Source: a virus (Duplodnaviria > Caudoviricetes). From it: a stretch of DNA of 64,000 bases. Numbering within the stretch: position 1 is the first letter of the stretch; each line of letters begins with the position of its first letter. The position numbers and the translations under genes are program-made. A model generated the notes under the pieces. That model was given only the letters and a program-made list of their open reading frames with translations, was not told the DNA's origin and did no database searches. Shown piece after piece: positions 51,164-59,687 of the stretch. Where the stretch lies: the IMG/VR virus record IMGVR_UViG_3300042892_000699. One strand, given 5' to 3'.

Positions 51164-52342
51164 ATGAGTATTGAAGACCTAATTATTCTCCTTGCAATGA
51201 AGACCCAAATGAATCCCTATGATTCAAAAATGGTTTGGAGCTTCCATGATCAAATTTCTAGAGGTCTTGGATTCACTGAAAAACAGGCAATTCTTGCAGT
51301 TCGAATACTGCAAAGACAAAAAGAAAAATTAACGCAGATACTTGGACAAGATATCACAAATTTTCTGGAAAATCCCACATATAGAGTACCCCGTAGAACT
51401 ATCAATTCTAACAAACGAATCTCTGTGATTGCTCATAGTGAATACACTAAGGCAATCAAAGTGGAATTTCCTTATAATGAAACCATCTTGGAGAGAATTA
51501 GAAAAGAGCGTCCTAATTTGATACACGCGGAATGGGATAAAGATGAAAAAGCATGGATTTTTGCACTGAACGAACGTAGCATACAATTCCTGATCTCGTT
51601 TGTTGAGAAGGACGAGTTCACTGCTGACGAAGAATTTGTTAATTACATTGAGCAAATACTGGCTATTCAAGAAAATCTTGAAAATTTTGTACCTATGGTC
51701 AGTTATACCGAAAAAATGCCAAAATTTATCAATGTAAGCCATCGTGTGCCTCAACCTGAAACCACAGATTTGTTGGACTCGCTATTTTTAGCAAGAAAAG
51801 TCGGTATACATACATGGGATGATAGTGTCAGTGAGTACCTGGCTGAAAATAATATTGAACAATCTGTAATAGATTTCCTAAATGAAAATCCAGGGGTGAA
51901 TTTTACCGTAAATTTGGAAGAATCTACAATTTACGACATTTCTCGTATTGTTAAAAATCTGTCTCCTTGCATGTTTATCATACCGGGCGGCCTGGAGATG
52001 GAAAAAATTACAAAAAGTTATGAATTTTTAAAATCACTTGATATCACTCCTGAAGAAATGAGTGTGATGTTTAGACTACCTAAAGAAACTGGTGAAAAAT
52101 TCAATAAATTTATCAAAGACGAGCAACTAAACAATCCCATCACTGAAAAAACTCGTGCAGTGTTTATCAGCGGCAAGGTACCGAAGACAGTTATCGAATC
52201 AAAAATTAAATTCAATTGTGTTGTAAACTTCAGCCTACATAGTGTACACTATACAATACGAGAATTTGTGAAAAATCACCATAATGTGATTCACATACTG
52301 GACAAAAAACCACAAAGGAATTTTAACTTTGCCATACTGTAA
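51164..52342 (+). CDS. Hypothetical protein with HARP-like segment, 392 aa
   Basis: IKVEFPYNETILERIRKE...AEWDKDEKAWIF resembles HARP-type motif; adjacent to uvsW. Confidence 0.55.
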   Translation: MSIEDLIILLAMKTQMNPYDSKMVWSFHDQISRGLGFTEKQAILAVRILQRQKEKLTQILGQDITNFLENPTYRVPRRTINSNKRISVIAHSEYTKAIKVEFPYNETILERIRKERPNLIHAEWDKDEKAWIFALNERSIQFLISFVEKDEFTADEEFVNYIEQILAIQENLENFVPMVSYTEKMPKFINVSHRVPQPETTDLLDSLFLARKVGIHTWDDSVSEYLAENNIEQSVIDFLNENPGVNFTVNLEESTIYDISRIVKNLSPCMFIIPGGLEMEKITKSYEFLKSLDITPEEMSVMFRLPKETGEKFNKFIKDEQLNNPITEKTRAVFISGKVPKTVIESKIKFNCVVNFSLHSVHYTIREFVKNHHNVIHILDKKPQRNFNFAIL

Positions 52343-53822
52343 AATAATAATAAAAGACGAGGTCAATGTTAAGATAGAAAATTTAGACCTCGACGCACGA
52401 AAGGCTCTGGTCAAGAAATTCAAGTACGAAGACCCCACAGCTAGGTATCGTCCAGCCTATAAATTAGGTCGTTGGGACGGCAGTGTTAGTTTTTTCGGAT
52501 TAGGTGGAACTACCTATCTATCAATGCTACCACAGGTGTTAACATATCTTGAGAGTAAAAATTACAACATTGATCTTGAAGATAATCGCAAGCCCATTGC
52601 CCTAGATTTTCCTGAAATTTTTGAAGATTTTTGGGGTGATCAGACATGGCCCGAAGGTCATCGATTTGCAGGCAAACCTATTAGACTGCGTGACGATCAA
52701 GTTGAAGCAGTCAATATGTTTCTTAAAAATCCACAGTGTATTCAAGAAATTGCAACTGGTTTTGGCAAGACAATAACCACCGCAACTTTATCGAAAATTG
52801 TGGAAAAATATGGTCGTACAATAACCATTGTTCCTAACAAAAGTCTTGTGGAACAAACAGAGGAAGACTTCATTAACTGTAAATTAGATGTAGGTGTTTA
52901 CTACGGTGACAGAAAAGATCTGAACAAAACGCATACTATTTGCACCTGGCAAAGTTTGAATATTTTAGACAAAAAATCCAAAGATACCACTGATGAAGAA
53001 GTGTTAACTTTAGCAGAATTACTCGAAGGAGTTGCTACAGTTATGGTTGATGAAGTACACATGGCCAAGGCGGAAGTGTTGAAAAACTTGCTAACCCGAA
53101 ATCTTGCCAACGCACCAATACGCTGGGGCTTAACTGGTACTGTACCTAAAGCAGACCACGAATTTCAAAGTTTACGTGCAAGTCTAGGTGAAGTAGTACA
53201 TCAAGTTCGTGCTCACGAATTACAGGAAAAAGGTGTACTAAGTGATTGCCACGTAAACATTATTCAAACGGCAGAGTGGAAAGAATTTAGCGGATATCCT
53301 GAGGAGTTAAAATTCCTAGTAACCGATAATGATAGGATGAGTTACATATCTACGCTAATTAAAGAGATTGCAAACACTGGCAACACCCTTGTGTTAGTTG
53401 ATAGAATCGAGTGCGGAGAATTCCTACAAACTCATCTTAGTGGCTTATTCAATGTTTTGAAAGAAGAACCGGATGTTGCTTTTATATCTGGTAGAGTAAA
53501 AACCAAAGATAGAAAGACTGAATATGACGAAGTTAAAACTGCTACTAACAAGATTATTGTGGCGACTTACGGTGTGGCCGCTGTTGGTATTAATATCCCT
53601 AGGATTTTTAATCTGGTTATGTTGGAGTCCGGAAAGAGCTTTACTCGCGTTATACAATCAATTGGGCGAGGCATTAGAAAAGCAGACGACAAAGACTTCG
53701 TACAAATCTGGGATATTACAGCGTCAACGAAGTATGCAAAGAGACACCTTACTGAACGAAAAAAGTTCTATAAGGATGCGAAATATCCATTCGAAATTCA
53801 AAAAGTGAAATATAACAAATAA
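52329..53822 (+). CDS. uvsW: SF2 DNA helicase, UvsW-like
   Basis: LRDDQ, ATGFGKT, VDEVH, GLTGT, GINIP, QSIGRGIR. Confidence 0.9.
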   Translation: MPYCKIIIKDEVNVKIENLDLDARKALVKKFKYEDPTARYRPAYKLGRWDGSVSFFGLGGTTYLSMLPQVLTYLESKNYNIDLEDNRKPIALDFPEIFEDFWGDQTWPEGHRFAGKPIRLRDDQVEAVNMFLKNPQCIQEIATGFGKTITTATLSKIVEKYGRTITIVPNKSLVEQTEEDFINCKLDVGVYYGDRKDLNKTHTICTWQSLNILDKKSKDTTDEEVLTLAELLEGVATVMVDEVHMAKAEVLKNLLTRNLANAPIRWGLTGTVPKADHEFQSLRASLGEVVHQVRAHELQEKGVLSDCHVNIIQTAEWKEFSGYPEELKFLVTDNDRMSYISTLIKEIANTGNTLVLVDRIECGEFLQTHLSGLFNVLKEEPDVAFISGRVKTKDRKTEYDEVKTATNKIIVATYGVAAVGINIPRIFNLVMLESGKSFTRVIQSIGRGIRKADDKDFVQIWDITASTKYAKRHLTERKKFYKDAKYPFEIQKVKYNK

Positions 53823-54325
53823 TGCAAATCTTAACCTTAGAAAACAAAACATTTTATCTCAACGAATTACCTGAAGAAGTAGACGATGATCTACGATTTT
53901 CAGTATTAGATAATAGTGATAATCAAAATCCTGATTACTTTTTTATCCCACTAATTTTTCTTGAAAGTTTTACTGGTCCTGCAGCAGTTCTTAAAATAGG
54001 TCAGGATGAAATTACTATGCCACTTGATTGGTGTACAATTGTCGGAGATCCAGAAGGACCAGATATGGAAGTATTGCCATTAACAAGTCTAAATGATAGA
54101 GGATTCAAAACATATTGTTTTAATCCACTTAGTAGCTTTAGGCCAGAATTTCATGAAATTGATATTATTGATGTTTATCAAGATGTTAAATGGTATTTTC
54201 CTAAAATGAGGGCTGGGCAACTTTTAACCACACCATTACATGCAGGCGAAAAACCTTTATGCGCCTATTTTGTTAAAGAAGTTTCTAGACAAAGTGAGAT
54301 TGTAGATTACACAAGATGTTGGTAA
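53822..54325 (+). CDS. Hypothetical protein, 167 aa
   Basis: TAATG overlap; no motif recognised. Confidence 0.65.
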   Translation: MQILTLENKTFYLNELPEEVDDDLRFSVLDNSDNQNPDYFFIPLIFLESFTGPAAVLKIGQDEITMPLDWCTIVGDPEGPDMEVLPLTSLNDRGFKTYCFNPLSSFRPEFHEIDIIDVYQDVKWYFPKMRAGQLLTTPLHAGEKPLCAYFVKEVSRQSEIVDYTRCW

Positions 54326-54326
54326 G

Positions 54327-54608
54327 ATGTCACTAATTTTTGAAAGTCCGGATAAGGGTAAAACTGTTTATGCTAGAAATGCAGGTTCTACTGAAAAAAT
54401 GCGGATAGACAGTTCCGGCAATGTAGGAATCGGAACAGGATCACCTAGGGCATCATTGCATGACGAAATAATGGAAAGTAAATTGTGGGGTGATATTCAT
54501 CGTGCTGCCAAGTCCGATACTGCTTTACAAGCCGCCCTGGACCGTGTTAAAATAACATACTACCTTACAGAAGATTACGAAAAAAGATATGGCAACCGCA
54601 AAACTTGA
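54327..54608 (+). CDS. Small hypothetical protein carrying a tail-fibre repeat, 93 aa
   Basis: Contains EKMRIDSSGNVGIGTGSP at 54393-54446. Confidence 0.65.
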   Translation: MSLIFESPDKGKTVYARNAGSTEKMRIDSSGNVGIGTGSPRASLHDEIMESKLWGDIHRAAKSDTALQAALDRVKITYYLTEDYEKRYGNRKT

Positions 54609-55053
54609 TATTAAGCGTGAACTAAATGCAGTAGACAGTCGCAACTATGACTTTTACGAAAACCTCACCGACGAGGAAAAGAAAGCATTCAGTCCTTACA
54701 TCTTAATGAGGTATACTGCTAATGTGCAAGGTGATCAATCATTGCAAGAATGGTTCCTAGAAAGGACTAACGAGTATGTTAATAAAAATCATTGGGAATT
54801 AAGTAAGAATCATAGACCCTTGTTGTGGAAATTATTTGCAGCAACTGGTATTGGTTCTAACATGTATCATCCTTATCTTGCCGCAGGTAAAAAGGGCAAA
54901 GCAAATAAGATTGAAAAACTGTTAGCTGAAATTTATCCTGCATGGAAGCTAGATGACATTAAGACGTTAGCTAGCATGATGACTAAGAAAGACATCGACG
55001 AACTGTTTGACAAAATGGGTTTTGACAAGAAGCAACGAAAAGATTACGAATGA
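54589..55053 (+). CDS. Putative clamp loader small subunit (gp62-like)
   Basis: LDIKRELNAVD...FSPYILMRY...NEYVNKN...HPYL pattern resembles T4-like gp62. Confidence 0.45.
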   Translation: MATAKLDIKRELNAVDSRNYDFYENLTDEEKKAFSPYILMRYTANVQGDQSLQEWFLERTNEYVNKNHWELSKNHRPLLWKLFAATGIGSNMYHPYLAAGKKGKANKIEKLLAEIYPAWKLDDIKTLASMMTKKDIDELFDKMGFDKKQRKDYE

Positions 55054-55745
55054 TAGCATTGGCAGATCAACCTTTTAATTGTGTACATTGCGGTAAGAGT
55101 TTTATGAAAGAAAAGACTCTAGTAGCGCACATGTGTGAACAAAAAAGGCGTGCTCTGCAGAAAGATGAGAAGCGTGTTCAAGCAGGTTATATGGCCTATG
55201 TTCGTTTTTATCAACTTACACAAAATGATAAAAAAGGCAAGACCTATGAACATTTTTGTACCAGTGCTTACTATAATGCCTTTGTAAAGTTTGGCAGTTT
55301 TGTCAATAACGTCAATCCTATCTATCCTCAAAAGTTCATTGACTATGTGATTAAAAGTGGTGTCAAATTAGACCACTGGTGCAGGGATGAACTGTATGAA
55401 CAGTACCTATTTGACATGCTCAAAGTAGAACCAGTCGAAGCAGCAGTGCAGAGAACATTGCAAACAATGATGGATTGGGGAGACGAGCATAGTGCAAATT
55501 TTGCACAATACTTTGATTATGTCAGTTTGAACAAAGCAGTGCATGACATGCTAAATGGTCGCGTTAGTCCGTGGCTTATCCTAAATTGTACATCGGGTAA
55601 GACCATGGTTAGTAAGATGAGTGACGAACAGTTGAGCATGATTACACCTGTATTTGATGTTAAATTCTGGATGAAGAAATTTAAAGATAGTCCTGCAGAT
55701 ATCTTGATGATTCAAGAACTGTGCAACGAGACTGGGATAAAATGA
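55050..55745 (+). CDS. Hypothetical protein with N-terminal zinc finger, 231 aa
   Basis: FNCVHCGKSFMKEKTLVAHMC = C-x2-C-x3-F-x5-L-x2-H-x-C. Confidence 0.65.
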   Translation: MIALADQPFNCVHCGKSFMKEKTLVAHMCEQKRRALQKDEKRVQAGYMAYVRFYQLTQNDKKGKTYEHFCTSAYYNAFVKFGSFVNNVNPIYPQKFIDYVIKSGVKLDHWCRDELYEQYLFDMLKVEPVEAAVQRTLQTMMDWGDEHSANFAQYFDYVSLNKAVHDMLNGRVSPWLILNCTSGKTMVSKMSDEQLSMITPVFDVKFWMKKFKDSPADILMIQELCNETGIK

Positions 55746-56002
55746 CAGCCTTTATTAACAACATGTCCCAAGAAGAATTAAAAACATTTCTTCGTAAGGT
55801 CATGGGCCCTCCTCGTCGAACATTAGAAGGTCAAGAAAAAGAAAATGTTTGGTTGATGATACAGATGCAAGATGAGCCCGACGAGTTTAGTAACAATCAA
55901 CATAGTATATCTGAAGTCTACAGATTTAATCAGCGAGAATATCATGTGCATTATTTTCCTAACGAAAGTCCGTATATAGAAGAAATTATGAACGATGATT
56001 GA
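55742..56002 (+). CDS. Hypothetical protein, 86 aa (start corrected to ATG 55742)
   Basis: ATGA overlap with upstream gene. Confidence 0.55.
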   Translation: MTAFINNMSQEELKTFLRKVMGPPRRTLEGQEKENVWLMIQMQDEPDEFSNNQHSISEVYRFNQREYHVHYFPNESPYIEEIMNDD

Positions 56003-56246
56003 AATTCGAATACCGTTCGACACTATAGTTCAATACAGACATCTTAATTTTATGAAACTACACCACGCTAGTAACCACGCTATCCAGTTAGCAGAATGGT
56101 GTAAGGATCAGGGATTGATTATGGGACTAGATTTTGAATGGGCAGTATTTCAAGCCGATGAATATGTAACATTTAAGTTTATGAACAAGGGTGAGAAATA
56201 TTCAACTATGTTTGCATTAAAGTTTGGGAGCGGCAACGGAGTATGA
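55995..56246 (+). CDS. Small FxLRW-family protein
   Basis: LAEWCKDQG...TFKF...STMFALKFGS. Confidence 0.6.
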   Translation: MIEIRIPFDTIVQYRHLNFMKLHHASNHAIQLAEWCKDQGLIMGLDFEWAVFQADEYVTFKFMNKGEKYSTMFALKFGSGNGV

Positions 56247-56551
56247 TTACTAAAACACTTTGGACACTGAGTAAGCCCGATGCTACAGAAATTGATGCAA
56301 CATTCCTATTTGGGTTGGGTTGCGAAGTGGAAGTCGTTATGCCCGAATGGCAAGATTTTGAAACTTCAAATGGAACACGCTGGCGATATCAAAACGAAAA
56401 TCCCTACATCAAGATAACAACCACTTGCGAAAAACAGGAAATGATGTTAAAATTAAAGTACGGGGACGCACTCCTTCTATCAGAAACTCCAACATCTTTT
56501 TTAGACTATGAAGACTTCCATATGGCACCATACAGCAGATCAGCAGCCTGA
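56243..56551 (+). CDS. Small protein, divergent FxLRW-family member
   Basis: ATGA overlap; EKQEMMLKLKYG. Confidence 0.55.
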   Translation: MITKTLWTLSKPDATEIDATFLFGLGCEVEVVMPEWQDFETSNGTRWRYQNENPYIKITTTCEKQEMMLKLKYGDALLLSETPTSFLDYEDFHMAPYSRSAA

Positions 56552-56858
56552 TAAAAGCGGCTATTATATGGGCTTCAGGACCGTAACCCTAGCTGACGAT
56601 ACTTGTGGTGTAGATTACTTTTATTGGAATCATACTGGAGGCATGAACGGCAAGGGAGAATGGCGTACTGACAGCACCTGTCATAGTCATTGGGCTAATG
56701 TCTATTACTGGACCAAAGATAATCCAGAGCAGTGGGTCGATAGTGATCCTCCTGTGAGATATAGAAAAGCACCAAAGTCTAATCCAGCATTGGCTATCGC
56801 TTGGAACAATGTCCAAGAAGCACTGCGTCAATATGAAATTGTGAAAGCACTAACATGA
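56508..56858 (+). CDS. Hypothetical Trp/Tyr-rich protein, 116 aa
   Basis: WHHTADQQPDKSGYY start; ATGA overlap with next gene. Confidence 0.55.
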   Translation: MKTSIWHHTADQQPDKSGYYMGFRTVTLADDTCGVDYFYWNHTGGMNGKGEWRTDSTCHSHWANVYYWTKDNPEQWVDSDPPVRYRKAPKSNPALAIAWNNVQEALRQYEIVKALT

Positions 56859-57055
56859 GACGACTTAAAAAAGAATTATGGCCATATAAGACCAAAGTTA
56901 ATCTTTTGCACAGTACCAGAGAAGTTGATGAATGGTTAGGAAAGACCTTGGGCAAATTCAAAGGTAAATGGAATGTAGTTCATCACAGTACTTCTATTGA
57001 ATATTATTTTAAACAAGATCGAGATCTTACTATGTTTATGTTGAGGTGGTCATGA
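56855..57055 (+). CDS. Small FxLRW-family protein, 66 aa
   Basis: EVDEWLGKTLG...YYFKQDRDLTMFMLRWS. Confidence 0.65.
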   Translation: MRRLKKELWPYKTKVNLLHSTREVDEWLGKTLGKFKGKWNVVHHSTSIEYYFKQDRDLTMFMLRWS

Positions 57056-57551
57056 CCAGTATTAGTTCTATTGTCGGCGGCTTGAACATCGGTTCAGAAC
57101 ACGAACTGCGACCTATGAAAACGGGAGAAGCTGGCGGATGGGGTATGAAATATACCTGGATTGAAATGGCTCGAACAGAAAGCACTCCCTTGGATCTAAA
57201 TGAACAGGCACAGACTTGGTGCAGAGAACGATTTGGAAATAGTGGCAGTCGTTGGTTTGAAAAGAAAGACAAATTTTATTTTAAAGATGAAAAGGATTTG
57301 ACCTTATTCATTCTGAGGTGGTCATGAGTGATACTGCTAGCTGGATTACATTTGGTAAAGAACGTTATTGGCAACATCCAGACATGGAACAATGGTGCCA
57401 CGAACATATAGGAACCGGTGGGTGGTCCTACCAAACTCCTAAAACTTGGGAAGGCATGAATGGTAAGATTTGGGTTATGCACAGCATGTTTGGCAACACT
57501 ACTTTTGCATTTAAAGATTCTAAAGACTTAACTATGTTTTTGTTGAGGTGG
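57042..57551 (+). repeat. Gene-junction repeat TGAGGTGG(TCATGA)
   Basis: 57042-57055 and 57314-57327 identical 14 nt; 57544-57551 shares first 8 nt. Confidence 0.85.
57052..57327 (+). CDS. Small FxLRW-family protein (start corrected to ATG 57052)
   Basis: QTWCRERFG...FYFKDEKDLTLFILRWS; SD GAGGTG and ATGA overlap. Confidence 0.65.
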   Translation: MTSISSIVGGLNIGSEHELRPMKTGEAGGWGMKYTWIEMARTESTPLDLNEQAQTWCRERFGNSGSRWFEKKDKFYFKDEKDLTLFILRWS

Positions 57552-57560
57552 GGCACATAA
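57324..57560 (+). CDS. Small FxLRW-family protein (start corrected to ATG 57324)
   Basis: EQWCHEHIG...FAFKDSKDLTMFLLRWGT; SD GAGGTG and ATGA overlap. Confidence 0.65.
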   Translation: MSDTASWITFGKERYWQHPDMEQWCHEHIGTGGWSYQTPKTWEGMNGKIWVMHSMFGNTTFAFKDSKDLTMFLLRWGT

Positions 57561-57580
57561 AGTGATATATACTATAGAAC

Positions 57581-57781
57581 ATGATTGAGTTTAAAGTTCC
57601 TAGCGTAGGTAAAGCAGAGGCTTGGTGCATGAAGCACGTTGGGCCTCGTCTCTATTATATTCACGATAGAATAGGTGGAGAAGGTTGGCGCATTATGCCG
57701 CTTCGTGGCGGCGCTGAAATTTTACTTTGCTTAGAGGACGACAAGAAAGCCACAATGGCTATGTTAATGCTGATAGAATAA
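57581..57781 (+). CDS. Small FxLRW-family-like protein, 66 aa
   Basis: EAWCMKHVG...LEDDKKATMAMLML; TATACT 7 nt upstream of ATG. Confidence 0.6.
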   Translation: MIEFKVPSVGKAEAWCMKHVGPRLYYIHDRIGGEGWRIMPLRGGAEILLCLEDDKKATMAMLMLIE

Positions 57782-58164
57782 TGACTACAGAAAATATAAA
57801 ACAATTTTGCCAACATCACAGTATTCGTGTACTTGATACAAACAAGCGGGCACATCGGTACAGCAAAGTCAATTTAAATTACTTTAGAGATCCTATGGAT
57901 TTTAATCGAGTTTATGAAGATGTTATATATGATAGCGAACCGTTGTATACTGTGGAAATTGCTGAAAGTGAATTAGAAAGAATTGCAGACTTCGAATCCG
58001 AGGTGTTTAACAACATGAAGAAGCAAGGGCATTACAGAATGTTTGAAACACTAATGGAGCAGAAAGAACGAGAGAGAGCACTGCGGGACAAATATCCAGC
58101 AGTAAAAAAAGCATACGAACAATATAGCCTAATGTTAAAACTGGCTGAAAGTGGAGAATTATGA
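57781..58164 (+). CDS. Hypothetical protein, 127 aa (start corrected to ATG 57781)
   Basis: TAATG overlap; helical C-terminus PAVKKAYEQYSLMLKL. Confidence 0.6.
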   Translation: MTTENIKQFCQHHSIRVLDTNKRAHRYSKVNLNYFRDPMDFNRVYEDVIYDSEPLYTVEIAESELERIADFESEVFNNMKKQGHYRMFETLMEQKERERALRDKYPAVKKAYEQYSLMLKLAESGEL

Positions 58165-58517
58165 GATTAGAAGGTTTTGTAGAAAAAGGTTGGGGTCACG
58201 AATTAATTTGGGCAACAAACGACAAGTATTGCGGAAAATTACTAAAGTTTAATACCGGTGCTAGATTTAGTATGCATTTCCATTCTGTAAAGGAAGAAAC
58301 CTGGTATGTGTTAAGCGGTGAATTTCAAGTTAGATTTATTGATACGAAGACAGCGGATGAATATTTAGAAGTATTAAAACCAGGCTCTGTGTGGCATAAT
58401 AATCCACTGGTACCACATCAACTGATTTGTCTCGAAGAAGGGACCATTATCGAAGTTAGCACACCGGACAGTGTCGAAGACAATTATCGAGTTGCTAAAG
58501 GAGACAGTCAGAAATGA
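58161..58517 (+). CDS. Cupin (sugar isomerase/epimerase-like)
   Basis: EKGWGHE, SMHFHSVKEETWYVLSG, PLVPHQL, IIEVST. Confidence 0.8.
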   Translation: MRLEGFVEKGWGHELIWATNDKYCGKLLKFNTGARFSMHFHSVKEETWYVLSGEFQVRFIDTKTADEYLEVLKPGSVWHNNPLVPHQLICLEEGTIIEVSTPDSVEDNYRVAKGDSQK

Positions 58518-59302
58518 AAATTTTGATTACAGGGTATAAAGGTTTTATTGGTCAAAATATGGTCAATGCACTAAATGACGAACACGAACTGTCTCTTTTT
58601 GAATGGGGAGAAGAACTTCCAGATTTTAGAGGCTTAGACTGGTGCATACATTTAGGAGCAAATTCGTCTACTACTGAAATGGATGTAGACAAGATGCTAG
58701 ATCAGAATTATGATTTTAGTAGACTTGTTATCAATCAATGTCAGGCAAACAATGTAAATTTGCAATATGCAAGTTCTGCAAGCGTATATGGACTAGGAAA
58801 AGAATTTAACGAAAATGCACCTGTTCATTTGCTAAGTCCATATGCATGGAGCAAATATCTTTTTGAAAGATATGTAAGTGGATTTAGAGAAAAATGGTCT
58901 AACATAACAGTCCAGGGATTTAGGTATTTCAACGTGTATGGACCTCATGAAGATCATAAAGGTGATCAGTCTAGCCCTCATCATAAGTTTACCAAGCAGG
59001 CAGAAGCTACCGGAGTTATCAAGCTATTTGAAAATTCTGAGAATTACAAACGTGATTTTATTTCTGTACATGAAGTAGTTAGTATTCATAAAAAGTTTTT
59101 TAACGTAACTGAATCTGGTATTTGGAATGCCGGTACAGGTCGCGCTACATCGTTTGATAACGTTGCTCGAACAATTGCAGAAGGAATGAAATGTAGAGTT
59201 GAATATATTCCTATGCCTGATAATGTTAAAGCACATTATCAAACATACACATGTGCTGATGTAACTAACCTAAGAAAGTATTATGACCCGAGTAATGGTT
59301 AA
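58514..59302 (+). CDS. hldD: ADP-L-glycero-D-manno-heptose 6-epimerase
   Basis: ITGYKGFIG, HLGANSSTTE, NYDFS, YASSASVYG, PYAWSK, FRYFNVYGPHEDHKG all match HldD/RfaD. Confidence 0.88.
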   Translation: MKILITGYKGFIGQNMVNALNDEHELSLFEWGEELPDFRGLDWCIHLGANSSTTEMDVDKMLDQNYDFSRLVINQCQANNVNLQYASSASVYGLGKEFNENAPVHLLSPYAWSKYLFERYVSGFREKWSNITVQGFRYFNVYGPHEDHKGDQSSPHHKFTKQAEATGVIKLFENSENYKRDFISVHEVVSIHKKFFNVTESGIWNAGTGRATSFDNVARTIAEGMKCRVEYIPMPDNVKAHYQTYTCADVTNLRKYYDPSNG

Positions 59303-59687
59303 CGGAACATTTGATATTCTGCATCGAGGTCATATTGAAATGCTCAACTTTGCTAAAAGCAAAGGAGATGCGGTACTGGTTGTGATTGATACTGATCGTA
59401 GAGTGCAAGAGTTAAAAGGTGATGATCGTCCTATTAACAACCAAGAAGATCGTAAATTTCATTTAGAAAATTTAAAAGCAGTTGACAGTGTATTGTTTTT
59501 TGACAGCAAAGAACAACTTATAGAAATAATGAAAAGCTGGAAACCAGACGTGTATGTAAAAGGCAGCGACTGGAAAAAAGATAGACCTAGCACAGCAGAA
59601 GAATATTGTAAAGAAGTGATCTATTATGACAGAGTCGGCGAATACTCAACTACCAACACCATTCAGAATATTATTAATCGGGGATGA
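59283..59687 (+). CDS. hldC: Heptose-1-phosphate nucleotidyltransferase (stand-alone HldE domain II)
   Basis: NGTFDILHRGH (HxGH), LKGDDRPINNQEDR, YVKGSDW, YSTT. Confidence 0.82.
   Translation: MTRVMVNGTFDILHRGHIEMLNFAKSKGDAVLVVIDTDRRVQELKGDDRPINNQEDRKFHLENLKAVDSVLFFDSKEQLIEIMKSWKPDVYVKGSDWKKDRPSTAEEYCKEVIYYDRVGEYSTTNTIQNIINRG

Noticed and set aside
57042-57551. CRISPR-like mini-array from the TGAGGTGG repeats (also considered for the 14-nt lectin anchors)
   Set aside because: Repeats are 8-14 nt, hundreds of nt apart and inside intact coding frames; no cas genes
30518-57780. Longer upstream starts given by the ORF track (17165, 30518, 34601, 42214, 43265, 55721, 57046, 57318, 57727)
   Set aside because: They overlap neighbouring genes; downstream ATGs coincide with coupling overlaps, SD or promoter spacing and, for the lectin, paralogue alignment
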